IMG/VR virus record: IMGVR_UViG_2643221492_000001
Location: 7,564-71,563 of that record
Origin: a virus
DNA length: 64,000 nt
Direction: 5' to 3' (one strand)
Of the stretch, positions 44,904 to 54,875 are shown one piece after another. Both the position numbers and the translations under genes were made by a program. The notes beneath the pieces are model-generated. The model saw only the letters and a list, made by a program, of their open reading frames with translations, made no database searches and had not been told where the DNA came from. The first letter of the stretch is position 1. Every line of letters starts with the position of its first letter.

Positions 44904-45575
44904 TCAATACCCAGTCACATCGACAACTAGGTCGGTCACGTTTCGCGTGGAAACATAGCCGCGCCTGGTGGCTGTGAAATAGCGTCGATAGATGAAAAAG
45001 CTGCGCTCGATGGTGTTGTCGTTCGGAGTTCGCGCGCCTAGCAAAGCCTCCCATTGCATTGACGCTGAGTCTTGCATGTAGCGGAGCATTCCACTGACGA
45101 CAACTGCCACCTTCTTTCCGGGATAGCTGCGACTGGCGACGCCGCTGGGAAAGAACACGTTTCCCTGCTTATAGGTGTCCACTACCCGCAACGACTTGTC
45201 GTTCGAGTCATAGACCTGCGTGCCAGCGGCGTTCCAGACCTGCAGCCCACAATTGCTAGGAGTAGGTGGCGACTGGTCAAAGACATAGAAAGTGACCGAT
45301 CCCGGAGCCGTGTCCACTGCCGCGGCGCGCACTAGAAACGTCGTCGGCGAGAACTGCCGAATCATCGCGATGGAGCAGAGCACCGTCGAACGGACTGCCA
45401 CGAGTGGGGTGTTGCCGGAAATGACGGTGGATACCGTCCCAGCGAACAGCTCCGGCGATGCGCCGCCTGGTCCCGGGAAGTTGAACGTCTGCACGCTGGT
45501 GAGGCGGAAGTTCGTGTACTCCGAGTCGATCTGGAAGAAACCGTTGTCGTTAAAAACTTGAATCCCTGCCGGCAT
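44904..45575 (-). CDS. minor tail/tail-tip protein
   Basis: MPAGIQVFNDNG..QIDSEY; internal GLQVWNAAGTQVYDS repeat-like motif. Confidence 0.7.
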   Translation of the reverse strand: MPAGIQVFNDNGFFQIDSEYTNFRLTSVQTFNFPGPGGASPELFAGTVSTVISGNTPLVAVRSTVLCSIAMIRQFSPTTFLVRAAAVDTAPGSVTFYVFDQSPPTPSNCGLQVWNAAGTQVYDSNDKSLRVVDTYKQGNVFFPSGVASRSYPGKKVAVVVSGMLRYMQDSASMQWEALLGARTPNDNTIERSFFIYRRYFTATRRGYVSTRNVTDLVVDVTGY

Positions 45576-45859
45576 CAGTAGGCCCCATAGACGATGTTCA
45601 TGGTGGGAGGCGATGGGCTGAAAGGCTCGGCCGGGAACGCGGTCCACGAAAGAGTTTGTCCGCTGACGTTGAAGTCATATGACATCTCTTGCCAGTCGTA
45701 GCTGTTGTCGTTGAGTACGGCGAACCAAGGCCGCCCATTTGGCACGGCCACCGAGCCGTTACCCGTGATCGAAACGTAGCCAATGACGCGACAGACGCTG
45801 GTGGACGAGTTGAGAATTTCGTTTCCGAACTGGTCCCAAATTTGAAGCCCAAATGGCAT
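45575..45859 (-). CDS. minor tail/tail-tip protein
   Basis: MPFGLQIWDQFG..ILNSS, ends IVYGAY; TAATG and TGATG overlaps. Confidence 0.7.
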   Translation of the reverse strand: MPFGLQIWDQFGNEILNSSTSVCRVIGYVSITGNGSVAVPNGRPWFAVLNDNSYDWQEMSYDFNVSGQTLSWTAFPAEPFSPSPPTMNIVYGAY

Positions 45860-47100
45860 TACCAAATTCCCAGCCGCACACGCAGCACATTCGCGTCGTC
45901 GAAAACAAGAATCTGGCTATTCGTTATGACTAGTCGTCGCGTCCCAGCCTGCCCCACCACGTTGATCGTCCCATTGAATGTGGCGTTCCCGTTGACAATG
46001 CTGAAGCCAGGCGCAAAAACATTGCCTCCAGCCTCTACCTGGAAGTAGCGGCCATCGTTCGCGTTCCCAAGAAGCAGCCCGTTCCCGCCAATGTAAAAGC
46101 CAGTCTGCCCAGACGCCGGCCATGCGTATCCAGCAAAGCCGCCGCCAGTGACTTGGCCGCGGAAATTTCCGGTCGCACCGGAAATGCTTCCAGCGAAGGA
46201 GCCAGCGGAGGCATAGACAGTGCCGCGAATCACAACGTTGTTGAACTCGGCGGTTCCGTCCGCGTTAATGCGCCATCCGGATGAGCCGCCGATGTAGCCC
46301 TGACTTCCAATCCATTGGCCGACTGCGATGCTGCCTGCCTTTAGCTTGCTAACCGACAGCTCCGAAATCTTCGCGTCGTCGACTGCCAGATTGCCAATCT
46401 TGGCGTTGGTGATCGTCCCGTTCTTGACCCATGCGTCGGCCATATAGACGCCAACGGGAACCTCGACCCCGTTGTTCATGATCGGCGCGGTGACAACAGA
46501 AAACATCGGGGCCGAGCTATTCTCGTTTGCCACGTAGAAGAGCCCAGCTCGAACGGCCATCTTCGTGAACGGAGCATCGGGGTTCTCAGCCGCCTCTGTG
46601 ATCGCGTCAAGCAATGCCGCGACGGAGAGAGCGGTCTGCGCTGGCTTGCCTGCCTGATCATTGAGCGGCCCCTTTCGACCGGCGACATTCACAAAGCGAA
46701 CCCAGTAGAAATATGCCGCCGAGCCAACCCCCACCGCATCGACATAGAGGGAGCCCTGAGTCTGCCCGACCTGCGAAGCGAGGGTGAAGTCGTTCGTGCC
46801 CGCTCGATAGATTTCGGTGTAGGCATGGCCGGGATATTGATTTCCGGACCACTCCAGGAAGATGACGCCGGAACCAACAGTAATCGTCAACCCAGTCGGC
46901 TGAGGCGGGGGCGGCAGATCGCCCCCAACGGGCGGCACCACCAGACTGCCGTCCTCCTCGACGACCAGACCCGCGGCCTTCAGCTCTTCCCGACTGACCG
47001 CGGTGGCGTTGAGCGACATCACGGCGCGACGCAACTCCATCAGCAGAGGCGCCAGATCGCCCGCCGACTTCGGCACATCGCGGACGGCGACTTTTGTCAT
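45859..47100 (-). CDS. tail-tip/host-specificity protein (FN3 plus J-like C-terminus)
   Basis: PPPQPTGL, HAYTEIYRA, YFYWVRFVN, ITNAKIGN, GWRINADG, VLRVRLGIW. Confidence 0.8.
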   Translation of the reverse strand: MTKVAVRDVPKSAGDLAPLLMELRRAVMSLNATAVSREELKAAGLVVEEDGSLVVPPVGGDLPPPPQPTGLTITVGSGVIFLEWSGNQYPGHAYTEIYRAGTNDFTLASQVGQTQGSLYVDAVGVGSAAYFYWVRFVNVAGRKGPLNDQAGKPAQTALSVAALLDAITEAAENPDAPFTKMAVRAGLFYVANENSSAPMFSVVTAPIMNNGVEVPVGVYMADAWVKNGTITNAKIGNLAVDDAKISELSVSKLKAGSIAVGQWIGSQGYIGGSSGWRINADGTAEFNNVVIRGTVYASAGSFAGSISGATGNFRGQVTGGGFAGYAWPASGQTGFYIGGNGLLLGNANDGRYFQVEAGGNVFAPGFSIVNGNATFNGTINVVGQAGTRRLVITNSQILVFDDANVLRVRLGIW

Positions 47101-48731
47101 GCGCCGATGTCCTGCAGCTCGTCCGAGGTTTCAGCGAGGGTAACGCGACGCACCTTGGCAACGCCCTCTACCTGTACTTCGAACTCGAAGGCCGTGTAGC
47201 CCGAAGGCATCGTGAACTCTTCATTGCTCTGGACGGTCTTCTCTCCCACAAGCGCGCCGTCCGCGAAGAGCTTCAGTGTCACCGGATAGCTGTCTGCGAG
47301 TACGCGCCCAACGCTCAGGTTGGCCCGACTTGGCAGCACCCACTTGCGGCTCTTCCAGGTGTAGGGAAGCAGATCGCCTTCCTCGAAGCACATGAGCTTC
47401 GAGCCCATCGCCAAGTAGAGCTTGCCGTTCGTGACATGCGCGGCTGAAGCGAAGGCGGTTGTCTCGGTAAAGCCAACAACATTCGGATCGAAGATCAGCC
47501 CACGCTTTACCAAACCGTTGTCGTAGAACCCGATGTATCGCGAGCCCGATGTGATGCCGAGCATCGTATCTGGCGCGAACTTCTTCCACTCGTTCTTCTG
47601 CACGTAGGCAGCCGTCAGCAGTTGCGAGCTGGAAGGCGAGAGCATCACGATGCCATGCTCGTTCGGATAGAAGACAGCACCAGGCACCGAGACAATGCCC
47701 CTCTTCGACGCGCAGCCCGAGCACTCGTCCAATACCTCCGCGGGCGCCAGTACAAAGTCGTCTGGATGTCCACCGCTGGCAGTGAGCGGCGCGCCCTTGG
47801 TCAAGACCACGAGCGCGGTGCCGAAGCTGCCAATCCCCACAATGGGGTCGTTCGTGGCCTGTGAGTACGCGAGAGGCGCGGCATAGGGCGAGAGCGGCTC
47901 ACCGAAATATACGTCGTAGTCCTTGAAGCCCACGGTCATGCCGCTCCAGAGAGCACGCAATCCCCGGATACCTTCAGGCCATGCATCCCACCCTTGAGTC
48001 TTAAGCGTCTCGCCAAGCTCCAGCTTGGTCTTTGAGTCGACATAGGTGGTTTGCGCTACCGGAATCTCCGCGACAAACTGGATGCCCGTCTGCAAGTTGC
48101 CAGAATACGAGCTTCGGTAGATGCGTCGTCGGTTGATCTGCGTGCTCCCGCTCGGGAGCGGCGTCAGATTGGTGATGGTATTCGTGGCACCAACCAGCGT
48201 TGACACACGATCTGAAGCAGGGCCAGGCTCGGACTCTTCATCCCATTCGGTAACGAACGTCTCGGTGTAGATGACATACTCCGGCTCAATCTTCCCGTCG
48301 CCGCCAGAAGTAGTGAACGCCGGCTTGCTCGTCGGCTTAGGGACACTGGCTTCCAGGTAGTTGGTCGGATACGGCGCTGTACCAGACTGCGCCAATCCGA
48401 ATCGTGTCTTTCGAACGATGTCCAATCCACCGATCACGCCACTGAAATAGGTTCGCTCCTCAGTGTCATTCGAGATCGCGGCCTTCGCCACGTCGATGTC
48501 GTTCTCGAAAGCGAACCACCACTGCATCTCGTTGCCGCTCTTGTAGCCGAACTTGTAGATAGTCTTCGGGTTCATGCGACCGAGATCGCCAACCAGGCGA
48601 TGGCCGCGCATAGGCGCAAGGGTTCCCCCTCGCAGATCGCAGTCGAGAGCTACCTGGGCCATGCTCTCTCCGAGTGCGATAGGAGCTACGATTGGAGCAA
48701 AGCCCAAGAACTTCTGTATATCGATCCGCAT
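47097..48731 (-). CDS. tail tubular/nozzle (stabilisation) protein
   Basis: YTETFVTEWDEESEP, RRRIYRS, PYAAPLAY, WKSRKW. Confidence 0.75.
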   Translation of the reverse strand: MRIDIQKFLGFAPIVAPIALGESMAQVALDCDLRGGTLAPMRGHRLVGDLGRMNPKTIYKFGYKSGNEMQWWFAFENDIDVAKAAISNDTEERTYFSGVIGGLDIVRKTRFGLAQSGTAPYPTNYLEASVPKPTSKPAFTTSGGDGKIEPEYVIYTETFVTEWDEESEPGPASDRVSTLVGATNTITNLTPLPSGSTQINRRRIYRSSYSGNLQTGIQFVAEIPVAQTTYVDSKTKLELGETLKTQGWDAWPEGIRGLRALWSGMTVGFKDYDVYFGEPLSPYAAPLAYSQATNDPIVGIGSFGTALVVLTKGAPLTASGGHPDDFVLAPAEVLDECSGCASKRGIVSVPGAVFYPNEHGIVMLSPSSSQLLTAAYVQKNEWKKFAPDTMLGITSGSRYIGFYDNGLVKRGLIFDPNVVGFTETTAFASAAHVTNGKLYLAMGSKLMCFEEGDLLPYTWKSRKWVLPSRANLSVGRVLADSYPVTLKLFADGALVGEKTVQSNEEFTMPSGYTAFEFEVQVEGVAKVRRVTLAETSDELQDIGA

Positions 48732-48732
48732 T

Positions 48733-48748
48733 TACTACTATTGGTAGG
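48733..48748 (-). repeat. 16-bp motif copy (CCTACCAATAGTAGTA)
   Basis: Ends 1 nt before the ATG at 48731. Confidence 0.7.
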
Positions 48749-48761
48749 TTGCAGGCCGTGC

Positions 48762-49298
48762 TTAAGCTGCCGTCTCGTAGAAACCGCAGACATTCAGCAC
48801 GTTGTTGCTAGCCATCGACTGCCCTGTAAAAGGCACCAGCAGCAGATTCGACGTACCCTGCCGGACGAACCCGATCACACCATACCCGGTCGTTTGTGAC
48901 TCTCGTCCAGCAAGTGACCACTCTGCATAGGTGTTGGCCAGCGCCACCGCCGGATAAGGCAGCGGAAGGATGGCGTGCCCGGATGCTGTGCCGAGCGTAG
49001 TGATCAACACCGACGCTTGTACGAAGACTGTCTTCCCCTCTTTTCGAATGCGTAGAGAACCCGAGGCGTTGCCAAAGGCTCCGTTTGCAGCCGTTGGAAT
49101 TGGAGTAGACGCAACCCATGGGTTCGGCTGAACAACATTGACCTCGCCCGCTGCGTTCACCGTCAGGATGTCCTGCGTCGTCGCACCTGGGTTGCCGCGC
49201 GCGATCTTGAAGCCGCCCGCGCCATCGCTCACAAGCGTGAAGTTGTTGGTGGCCGTGACGCTGAGCCCGACCTGATAGCTGTCTGTTTTCGTGCCCAC
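48762..49298 (-). CDS. small tail-fibre/receptor-binding protein
   Basis: ATNNFTL..ARGNPGATTQDILTVNAAG leader; beta-rich C-terminal domain. Confidence 0.6.
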   Translation of the reverse strand: MGTKTDSYQVGLSVTATNNFTLVSDGAGGFKIARGNPGATTQDILTVNAAGEVNVVQPNPWVASTPIPTAANGAFGNASGSLRIRKEGKTVFVQASVLITTLGTASGHAILPLPYPAVALANTYAEWSLAGRESQTTGYGVIGFVRQGTSNLLLVPFTGQSMASNNVLNVCGFYETAA

Positions 49299-49307
49299 AG
49301 TGGCTCC

Positions 49308-49895
49308 TTAGTCGGGGTACATGAGGATCGCAGAGAGGCGGTTCGCGGAGCCGCCCGCGTCGCCGTTTAAGGTGCAGGTTCCGCTCGCCTGCCCCCGATA
49401 TACGTGCCCTTCGATGTAGTCGGTCGTACCGTTCATGTAGACGAGTTGACTGCCGCTATGCACACACACGAGAAGAACGGCGGAGGACGTGTTCGTCAAT
49501 CCGACCGTAATGTTGGTGAACCCATTCTTGTTGATGTGTGTTTGGCAGTTGTCGGACGCGGCGTCGCCATTGGTGGAGGATGTAAGGTGGACTGCGTACC
49601 AGCCGGGAACATCCGGGGTAAACCGGTTGGTGCTCGTATTGAAAGCGCCATTCGGGTTCCACCCCACGCCTGTATATGGAATCTTGGTATCAACATTGCG
49701 CGTGAACGCAGTATTCGCCGAGATAAAGACCGAGCAGCCGATCTTTTTGTTGCCAGCTTGCTTCAACACACCAGCGGGCATGACGAGGTTGCCGGGCAGC
49801 GTGATAAGGCCGGCCGCGCCCACGGTGAGCACGTCGATGGGCGTCTCGTTCTGGATGCGGCCACCAGTGGCCTCGGATACGATTTTGAGCGTCAT
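49308..49895 (-). CDS. C1q-like tail fibre head protein
   Basis: GAFNTSTNRFTPDVPGWY, VYMNGTTDYIE. Confidence 0.65.
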   Translation of the reverse strand: MTLKIVSEATGGRIQNETPIDVLTVGAAGLITLPGNLVMPAGVLKQAGNKKIGCSVFISANTAFTRNVDTKIPYTGVGWNPNGAFNTSTNRFTPDVPGWYAVHLTSSTNGDAASDNCQTHINKNGFTNITVGLTNTSSAVLLVCVHSGSQLVYMNGTTDYIEGHVYRGQASGTCTLNGDAGGSANRLSAILMYPD

Positions 49896-49905
49896 GGTGT
49901 TTTTC

Positions 49906-50544
49906 TCAGAGCTTGTAGCAGGGCAGCATCACAATGCTGGGGCCGGCCGATTCGCCAGACGTGTTCTCGAATGTGCCTGCCGTATAGGCAACGCGGACAC
50001 TCGCAGAGCCGAAGCTGCTTGGCGCGAAGGTTGCGCGCCATGCCCCTGTCTCGACTGTCGAGCCAAATACTGGCGAGCCGCTGCCGTCAGCCCACAAGTA
50101 CCCCATCGGACCTCCATCGAAGCCAATCGGCATCTTGTGCTGATGAACTTGCGTCGACGTGGCGTAGCCGTTGCCGTTCACGAAGGTCAGACCGTTGATG
50201 GTGCCCGGCGCGCGAATGAAACGCCCTCGCACATCGAACACGGTGAGCCGCTTGCCCGCCGCCCAGTCGGCGGCGGCGCTTGCGCCTCGTGTACTGGCCG
50301 AACCGGTCACCGTTTGAATCGGGAGCTGCGCGTCCGTGTAGTCGGTCCACCAGAGCGTGAAGAGCGCCAATGTATCGGCGTTGGCCCGGTTGGTAGCGCC
50401 GCTGCCACTGTTGCCGATGGTGCCGCCCGTGGCCGCGATCCAGCCAGCGTCGGCCGCCTGCGCCTGCCGCCATTTGAAGTCGCCCGTGCTCCACACCGAA
50501 GTGGAGCCTGTGATAGGCCCGTTGCCGTCGATCTTTACTGCCAT
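49906..50544 (-). CDS. tail-collar-domain fibre protein
   Basis: ADTLALFTLWW, DVRGRFIRA, HQH. Confidence 0.7.
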   Translation of the reverse strand: MAVKIDGNGPITGSTSVWSTGDFKWRQAQAADAGWIAATGGTIGNSGSGATNRANADTLALFTLWWTDYTDAQLPIQTVTGSASTRGASAAADWAAGKRLTVFDVRGRFIRAPGTINGLTFVNGNGYATSTQVHQHKMPIGFDGGPMGYLWADGSGSPVFGSTVETGAWRATFAPSSFGSASVRVAYTAGTFENTSGESAGPSIVMLPCYKL

Positions 50545-50553
50545 GACGGTTCC

Positions 50554-52110
50554 TTAAACGATGGTCAGGGTCGAGCCTGCCGGGATGGTGATCGTCGCCC
50601 CTGCGTTGATCGTGATGGGTCCAGCAGCCATAGCATTGCGGCCGGCCGGAACCGAGTAGTCCGTCGTGACCACGATGTCGCTTTCGTAGAAGACGGCGTC
50701 GGTGCCGCCGCCCGTGGCGCCGCCGAGCGAGCCCCAGCCGGTGCCACTGTTGATTTCAGCGCGGCCGAGCGTGATGTTGTACCGAAGGATGCCAACGGCG
50801 TTGGCGGGGCGCTGCGCCGTGGTGCCGGCTGGCAGGTTCGCGGCGCCCGTGTTGCTGTCCTTGGTGACCGTGATGGCCGCGTTGTCGGTGATCTGCTTCT
50901 GCAACTTGCCGGGTGCGGTCAGCACCGTGTCGGCCGCCGTGATGGCCGTGCCGGTAGCAAGGCTCAACCCCGTCAGCGGCGTAGCGCGCACGCGGGCCTG
51001 CGTGAAGAAGAGGTTCGTGGTCCCTTCGATAATGTCGTCGGTGGTGCCGGGCGACGCCACGATCTGCACGTAGATCGAGCTAGTCCAACGGTATTGCCGA
51101 TTGGTGTCGAGCGCGATGTATATCTTCCCCGTCTCGCCCGTTACTGGGAAAGCCGCGAGATTCGCGAATTCGAGCACGTCATCGACGTAGCTGGGGAGCT
51201 GCGAGGCCGGCACCACGCCAGCCACGAGGTCGGCCTTGTTGGCGAGGGCACCCGCCGTCGCCGAGCTGATCGGATAATCGGCCGGCGCGAGATTCCCAAC
51301 GTTAGTGATGTTCAGCGCCGCGCGTGCCTGTGCATACGTGATGGTGCCGAGTAGGCCTACCCATGAGTAGACCGGGCCATCTGCGATGCTGGCCGCGCTT
51401 GCCGCTGCCGCGAGCGCGTGGTATTTCGCGCTGTATTCGCCGCCTTCGACGGGGGTGCCGAGCTGGATCGCCCAGGCCTGGGCAAGATGTTTGGACCCGA
51501 CAGCCGCTGTCTCGCTTGCCGCAGCGTTGCCTGCACTAGCGCCTGCTGCCGTGGCGCTGTTCGCCGCGTTGTTCTGGCTCGTCAGGGCTGCGTTCGCGCT
51601 CGCCGCAGCGTTTGCTTCCGAGACTACTGCTGCGCTCTTACTGGCAAGCGCTGAAGCCGCGCTCGCTGACGCCGCGTTTGCGCTTCCATCCGCCTGCAAA
51701 GCGGAAGCGGCAGCGGCATCACGGGCCGCTTGAGCCTCGACCAGGGCCTGCAGCACCTGGGCAATCACGAGGGCGCCGTCAGGCCTCCCCTCGTAGGGCG
51801 GCAGCTCGGCGATGGCATGCAGGTCAATCGAGGCAAGGTTTGGCACGACGGCTGTCGTGCGAAGACTCTTCTCGTTCGCCGCGATGGTGATCTTGTAGAA
51901 GCTCGCGACAGAGCCGAGCTGGTTCGGCCAGAGGTGTAGGACCGCATAGCCATCGGCATCAGTGGTCGCCTCGACTTCCTCCGGTACGACGTAACCATCG
52001 TCAATGTCGTAGCCCGACAGCCGAGCGACGATGGTGGCGCCAACAATCGGCTCGCCACCGACCGAATCTCGGATGACGGCGCGGACTGCACAGGTAGGGA
52101 TCGCACTCAT
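50554..52110 (-). CDS. tail fibre protein
   Basis: Ala-rich stalk, VPASQLPSYVDDVLEF, FPVTGETGKIY, C-terminal GRNAMAAGPITI. Confidence 0.8.
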   Translation of the reverse strand: MSAIPTCAVRAVIRDSVGGEPIVGATIVARLSGYDIDDGYVVPEEVEATTDADGYAVLHLWPNQLGSVASFYKITIAANEKSLRTTAVVPNLASIDLHAIAELPPYEGRPDGALVIAQVLQALVEAQAARDAAAASALQADGSANAASASAASALASKSAAVVSEANAAASANAALTSQNNAANSATAAGASAGNAAASETAAVGSKHLAQAWAIQLGTPVEGGEYSAKYHALAAAASAASIADGPVYSWVGLLGTITYAQARAALNITNVGNLAPADYPISSATAGALANKADLVAGVVPASQLPSYVDDVLEFANLAAFPVTGETGKIYIALDTNRQYRWTSSIYVQIVASPGTTDDIIEGTTNLFFTQARVRATPLTGLSLATGTAITAADTVLTAPGKLQKQITDNAAITVTKDSNTGAANLPAGTTAQRPANAVGILRYNITLGRAEINSGTGWGSLGGATGGGTDAVFYESDIVVTTDYSVPAGRNAMAAGPITINAGATITIPAGSTLTIV

Positions 52111-52113
52111 GGG

Positions 52114-52755
52114 TTACAGCTCGTCGAAAGGGGTGGACTTCAGGGTCACAATGGCCCTCGTGTGCGACTTGTCGATACGTGCGCGAGCAGAGCGTGCCGC
52201 CTCGTCGATAAGCAGATCGCAGTCCTTCGACATGGCGACATCCGTCCAAGCCTTCTTCGGGATGCGATAGAGCACGCCAGCAGCGCCCTCGACCAACTCC
52301 TTGCGGTACATCTCGCCGAGCCAGTCAGGGATGTTCACGGTGCTCGGATTGCAGTAAAGCGCCAGTTCCACCTCGACGGTATCGACCCGCAATGGGATGG
52401 GGTAGAGGCGAACGAGGTGAGGCTCCTGCGGCGCGATATATGCGCGCGGCTGCTCTCCCGACTGCGTGCGCCAACCCGGCACCCGACGATCCATGTCGCG
52501 AGCGGTGTAGGGATCGATGGGGTTGGAGTCGCCCTGGAGGTTCATGCGCGTCACGGCGCAGATCAGCCCCTCTTCCACCAGGTCGCTGAGGTCGTACTCG
52601 AACTTGCCCGGCTTGGTCTTGAACTTGGCATTGACGCGCCATGCAGTCGAATCCCGCAGGAAGCGCCCCAGCGCCGTGTTCACTGCTGACGCGATGAGCT
52701 GTGGGGTAGCAGGAACGCGCTGAGCTACCTCGTCGTATAGGCTTTCGATCAGCAT
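52114..52755 (-). CDS. head-tail adaptor/tail tubular A-like protein
   Basis: Position after MCP; GEQPRAY, LVEGAAG..KAWTD. Confidence 0.6.
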   Translation of the reverse strand: MLIESLYDEVAQRVPATPQLIASAVNTALGRFLRDSTAWRVNAKFKTKPGKFEYDLSDLVEEGLICAVTRMNLQGDSNPIDPYTARDMDRRVPGWRTQSGEQPRAYIAPQEPHLVRLYPIPLRVDTVEVELALYCNPSTVNIPDWLGEMYRKELVEGAAGVLYRIPKKAWTDVAMSKDCDLLIDEAARSARARIDKSHTRAIVTLKSTPFDEL

Positions 52756-53369
52756 CAGCCCTGCCCTCCACCCAGCGTTGCAGCGAATGAAAGAAGCTGC
52801 ACGCCCTTCGCCGTGTCCGCGGCGTTGGTGTTGATCGTGAGCGCGCGGCCGGCGATGAAGTTCTCGGCGCTGGCCTGGAACACAGCCGACACGCCGTTGT
52901 CGGTGTTCTTCGTGGCATCAGTGACCGCAGCAGGGAGCGCCGTGACGGAGACAGTAGCCTTCGGAGCTGGAGCTGGACTCGGAGGGATCACGACTGGCGG
53001 ATACACGGCAAATCGGAATGGGTCGGCCTTCTGCCTCATCCAGACCTTGAACGGCTTGCTGGCGGCCTTCCCCCACCCCCTGGCCTGAACGCTCATCTCG
53101 GTCATGTCGACCTCGCGAACGTATTCCGCGCCCTGGTTCTTGAGCACGTCGACCAGGCCTAACGTTGTCAGCTTGGAGATCGACTGCATCTCGCCCGCCA
53201 CGAGTGGGACATCGATTTGCTCGGTAAAAAACTCCCCCCGCTGCAGCGCCAGAGCCCGCATGAAGTCGTTGAAGTAGCCGAGCAGCGTCGCATCGCTCCA
53301 ACGGGGCGACGTTCCTGCCGGGTCATTCAGGATGACGCGAGCACCAGCGATGGCGAGCGAGGGGACCAT
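52755..53369 (-). CDS. adaptor-like structural protein
   Basis: ILNDPAG..RWSDATLLGYFND, FAVYPP. Confidence 0.6.
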   Translation of the reverse strand: MVPSLAIAGARVILNDPAGTSPRWSDATLLGYFNDFMRALALQRGEFFTEQIDVPLVAGEMQSISKLTTLGLVDVLKNQGAEYVREVDMTEMSVQARGWGKAASKPFKVWMRQKADPFRFAVYPPVVIPPSPAPAPKATVSVTALPAAVTDATKNTDNGVSAVFQASAENFIAGRALTINTNAADTAKGVQLLSFAATLGGGQG

Positions 53370-53376
53370 CGCCGAC

Positions 53377-53808
53377 TTACTCCAGCTCGACGACGTTGAA
53401 GCGCGGGATGTTGTCCGAGGTGTACTCGCCCGTTTCCTTGCCGTTCTCGATCACCGGGCTGAACTCGGTGACATAGAGGCTGCGCAGATGCGCGATGAAC
53501 CCCGTGTCCAGCTCGATTTCCTTGCCGCGCTTCGCGACGAAGTTGAAACCGTTGACGGAGCCGAACACGTCGAACTTGCCATCGGGGCCTGAGCCGACCT
53601 CGATACGGCAGCGCTTCTTAATGCCGGTACGCGGGTCGTCGCCCTTGCCGGTCGCGACGCCCTTGTCGCTTTCGGTGGCGGCGCGACCGGGCGTCGGGTC
53701 GTTTTCCTTGAGCAGCGCTTCGAGGGCGCTGTTCGACATGGACTTGAGCGAAGGCTCCTCGCCGAGCTTCAGTTCGAGCGCGCGAGCAACCATTTCAGCC
53801 TTGGTCAT
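53377..53808 (-). CDS. hypothetical virion-associated protein
   Basis: AGGAG RBS; VFGSVNG..KRGKEIEL..RFNV. Confidence 0.55.
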   Translation of the reverse strand: MTKAEMVARALELKLGEEPSLKSMSNSALEALLKENDPTPGRAATESDKGVATGKGDDPRTGIKKRCRIEVGSGPDGKFDVFGSVNGFNFVAKRGKEIELDTGFIAHLRSLYVTEFSPVIENGKETGEYTSDNIPRFNVVELE

Positions 53809-53875
53809 ATGAATCTCCTGTTGAATGAATGGAAGAGAGGACCGCCACAGGCAAGCCCTCTCCTTCGCCGACGAC

Positions 53876-54856
53876 TTAGTTCGTGACGGCGATCTCGCCG
53901 CGCGACATCCAGGCGTCGTTGAGGATCACGCAGGCGTGGTAGGCCTTCCAGCCTGCCGAGCCACGCTGCCCCAGAGGGTCGCCCTGGACTGGCTTCGGGT
54001 TCACGATGGTCGGCGTGATAGCCGCCTTGCCCTTGAGCGGCACACACGCCCAGGCGTCCTTCCCGAGGTAGATCACCGGGAACACGTCGCAGTTGGTGCC
54101 GCTGGTCGACTGCATCGTGCCGCCAGCCGCGCCGCCCGCGTCAGCGAACGGGTCGCAGAGCGTCGAGGTGAGATAGCGGCAGTCCTCGACAGCGCCGACC
54201 TCGTTCTCGTAGGGCGAGAGCGAGCCGTAGGTCTCCACGGCCTTGAAGCCCGCCATGTCGCGCACGTCGTTCTCGATGTCGGTGTGGCCGATGGCGATGT
54301 ACGAGGCCTTGACGTTGCGGGTCTCGTAGGCCGGCGTCGAGCGCAGCACCGTGGTGATCGGCTTGGCGCTCTGGCGCTTCAGGGTCTTCGTGACCTTGCG
54401 CTGCAGCGCGGTCGTGATCTTCGTGTTCACCGCGGCACGGGTCGCGCCATTGGCATAGAACACGCTGGTGCCAGCCTTCAGCACGTTGTAGCGGACCTTC
54501 TCCAGCATCTGGCCGGCCTGCTCGCCCAGGATGGCCTGGGTCTCCTGCAGCACCGGATCGGTGTGCAGGTCTTGCACGACATCGGTCAACTCGATGAAGT
54601 CGCCGTACTGCTTGATCTCGACGCTCACATCGGTCTTGGTGAGCTGCTTGCCGGCAGGCGTCACGCCTTCGGCCAGAGCCACCGGCACGTTCGAAAGCGC
54701 GTTGTAGCGGCGGAAGATCATCGTCGAAGTGCTGTTCGACGGCAGAGGCTTCGTCTGGCCGAACTTCTCGAAGATGAGGTAGGGAATCGCGCGCGTCAGC
54801 AGCTCGGCTGCTTGTACGCCCGCGACGGCGGGGGAAATATCACCGTACTTGGTCAT
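53876..54856 (-). CDS. major capsid protein, N4-gp56-like family
   Basis: LPSNST..FRRY, EGVTP, QYGDFIELTD, DPLGQRGSAGWK, ILNDAWM. Confidence 0.88.
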   Translation of the reverse strand: MTKYGDISPAVAGVQAAELLTRAIPYLIFEKFGQTKPLPSNSTSTMIFRRYNALSNVPVALAEGVTPAGKQLTKTDVSVEIKQYGDFIELTDVVQDLHTDPVLQETQAILGEQAGQMLEKVRYNVLKAGTSVFYANGATRAAVNTKITTALQRKVTKTLKRQSAKPITTVLRSTPAYETRNVKASYIAIGHTDIENDVRDMAGFKAVETYGSLSPYENEVGAVEDCRYLTSTLCDPFADAGGAAGGTMQSTSGTNCDVFPVIYLGKDAWACVPLKGKAAITPTIVNPKPVQGDPLGQRGSAGWKAYHACVILNDAWMSRGEIAVTN

Positions 54857-54875
54857 GGCAATCTCTCAGGTTGAA

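Noticed and set aside
33612-52100. Additional CCTACC half-sites (about 33618, 34731, 52092)
   Set aside because: They lack the AT and AG positions of the 16-bp consensus and are explained by ordinary codons
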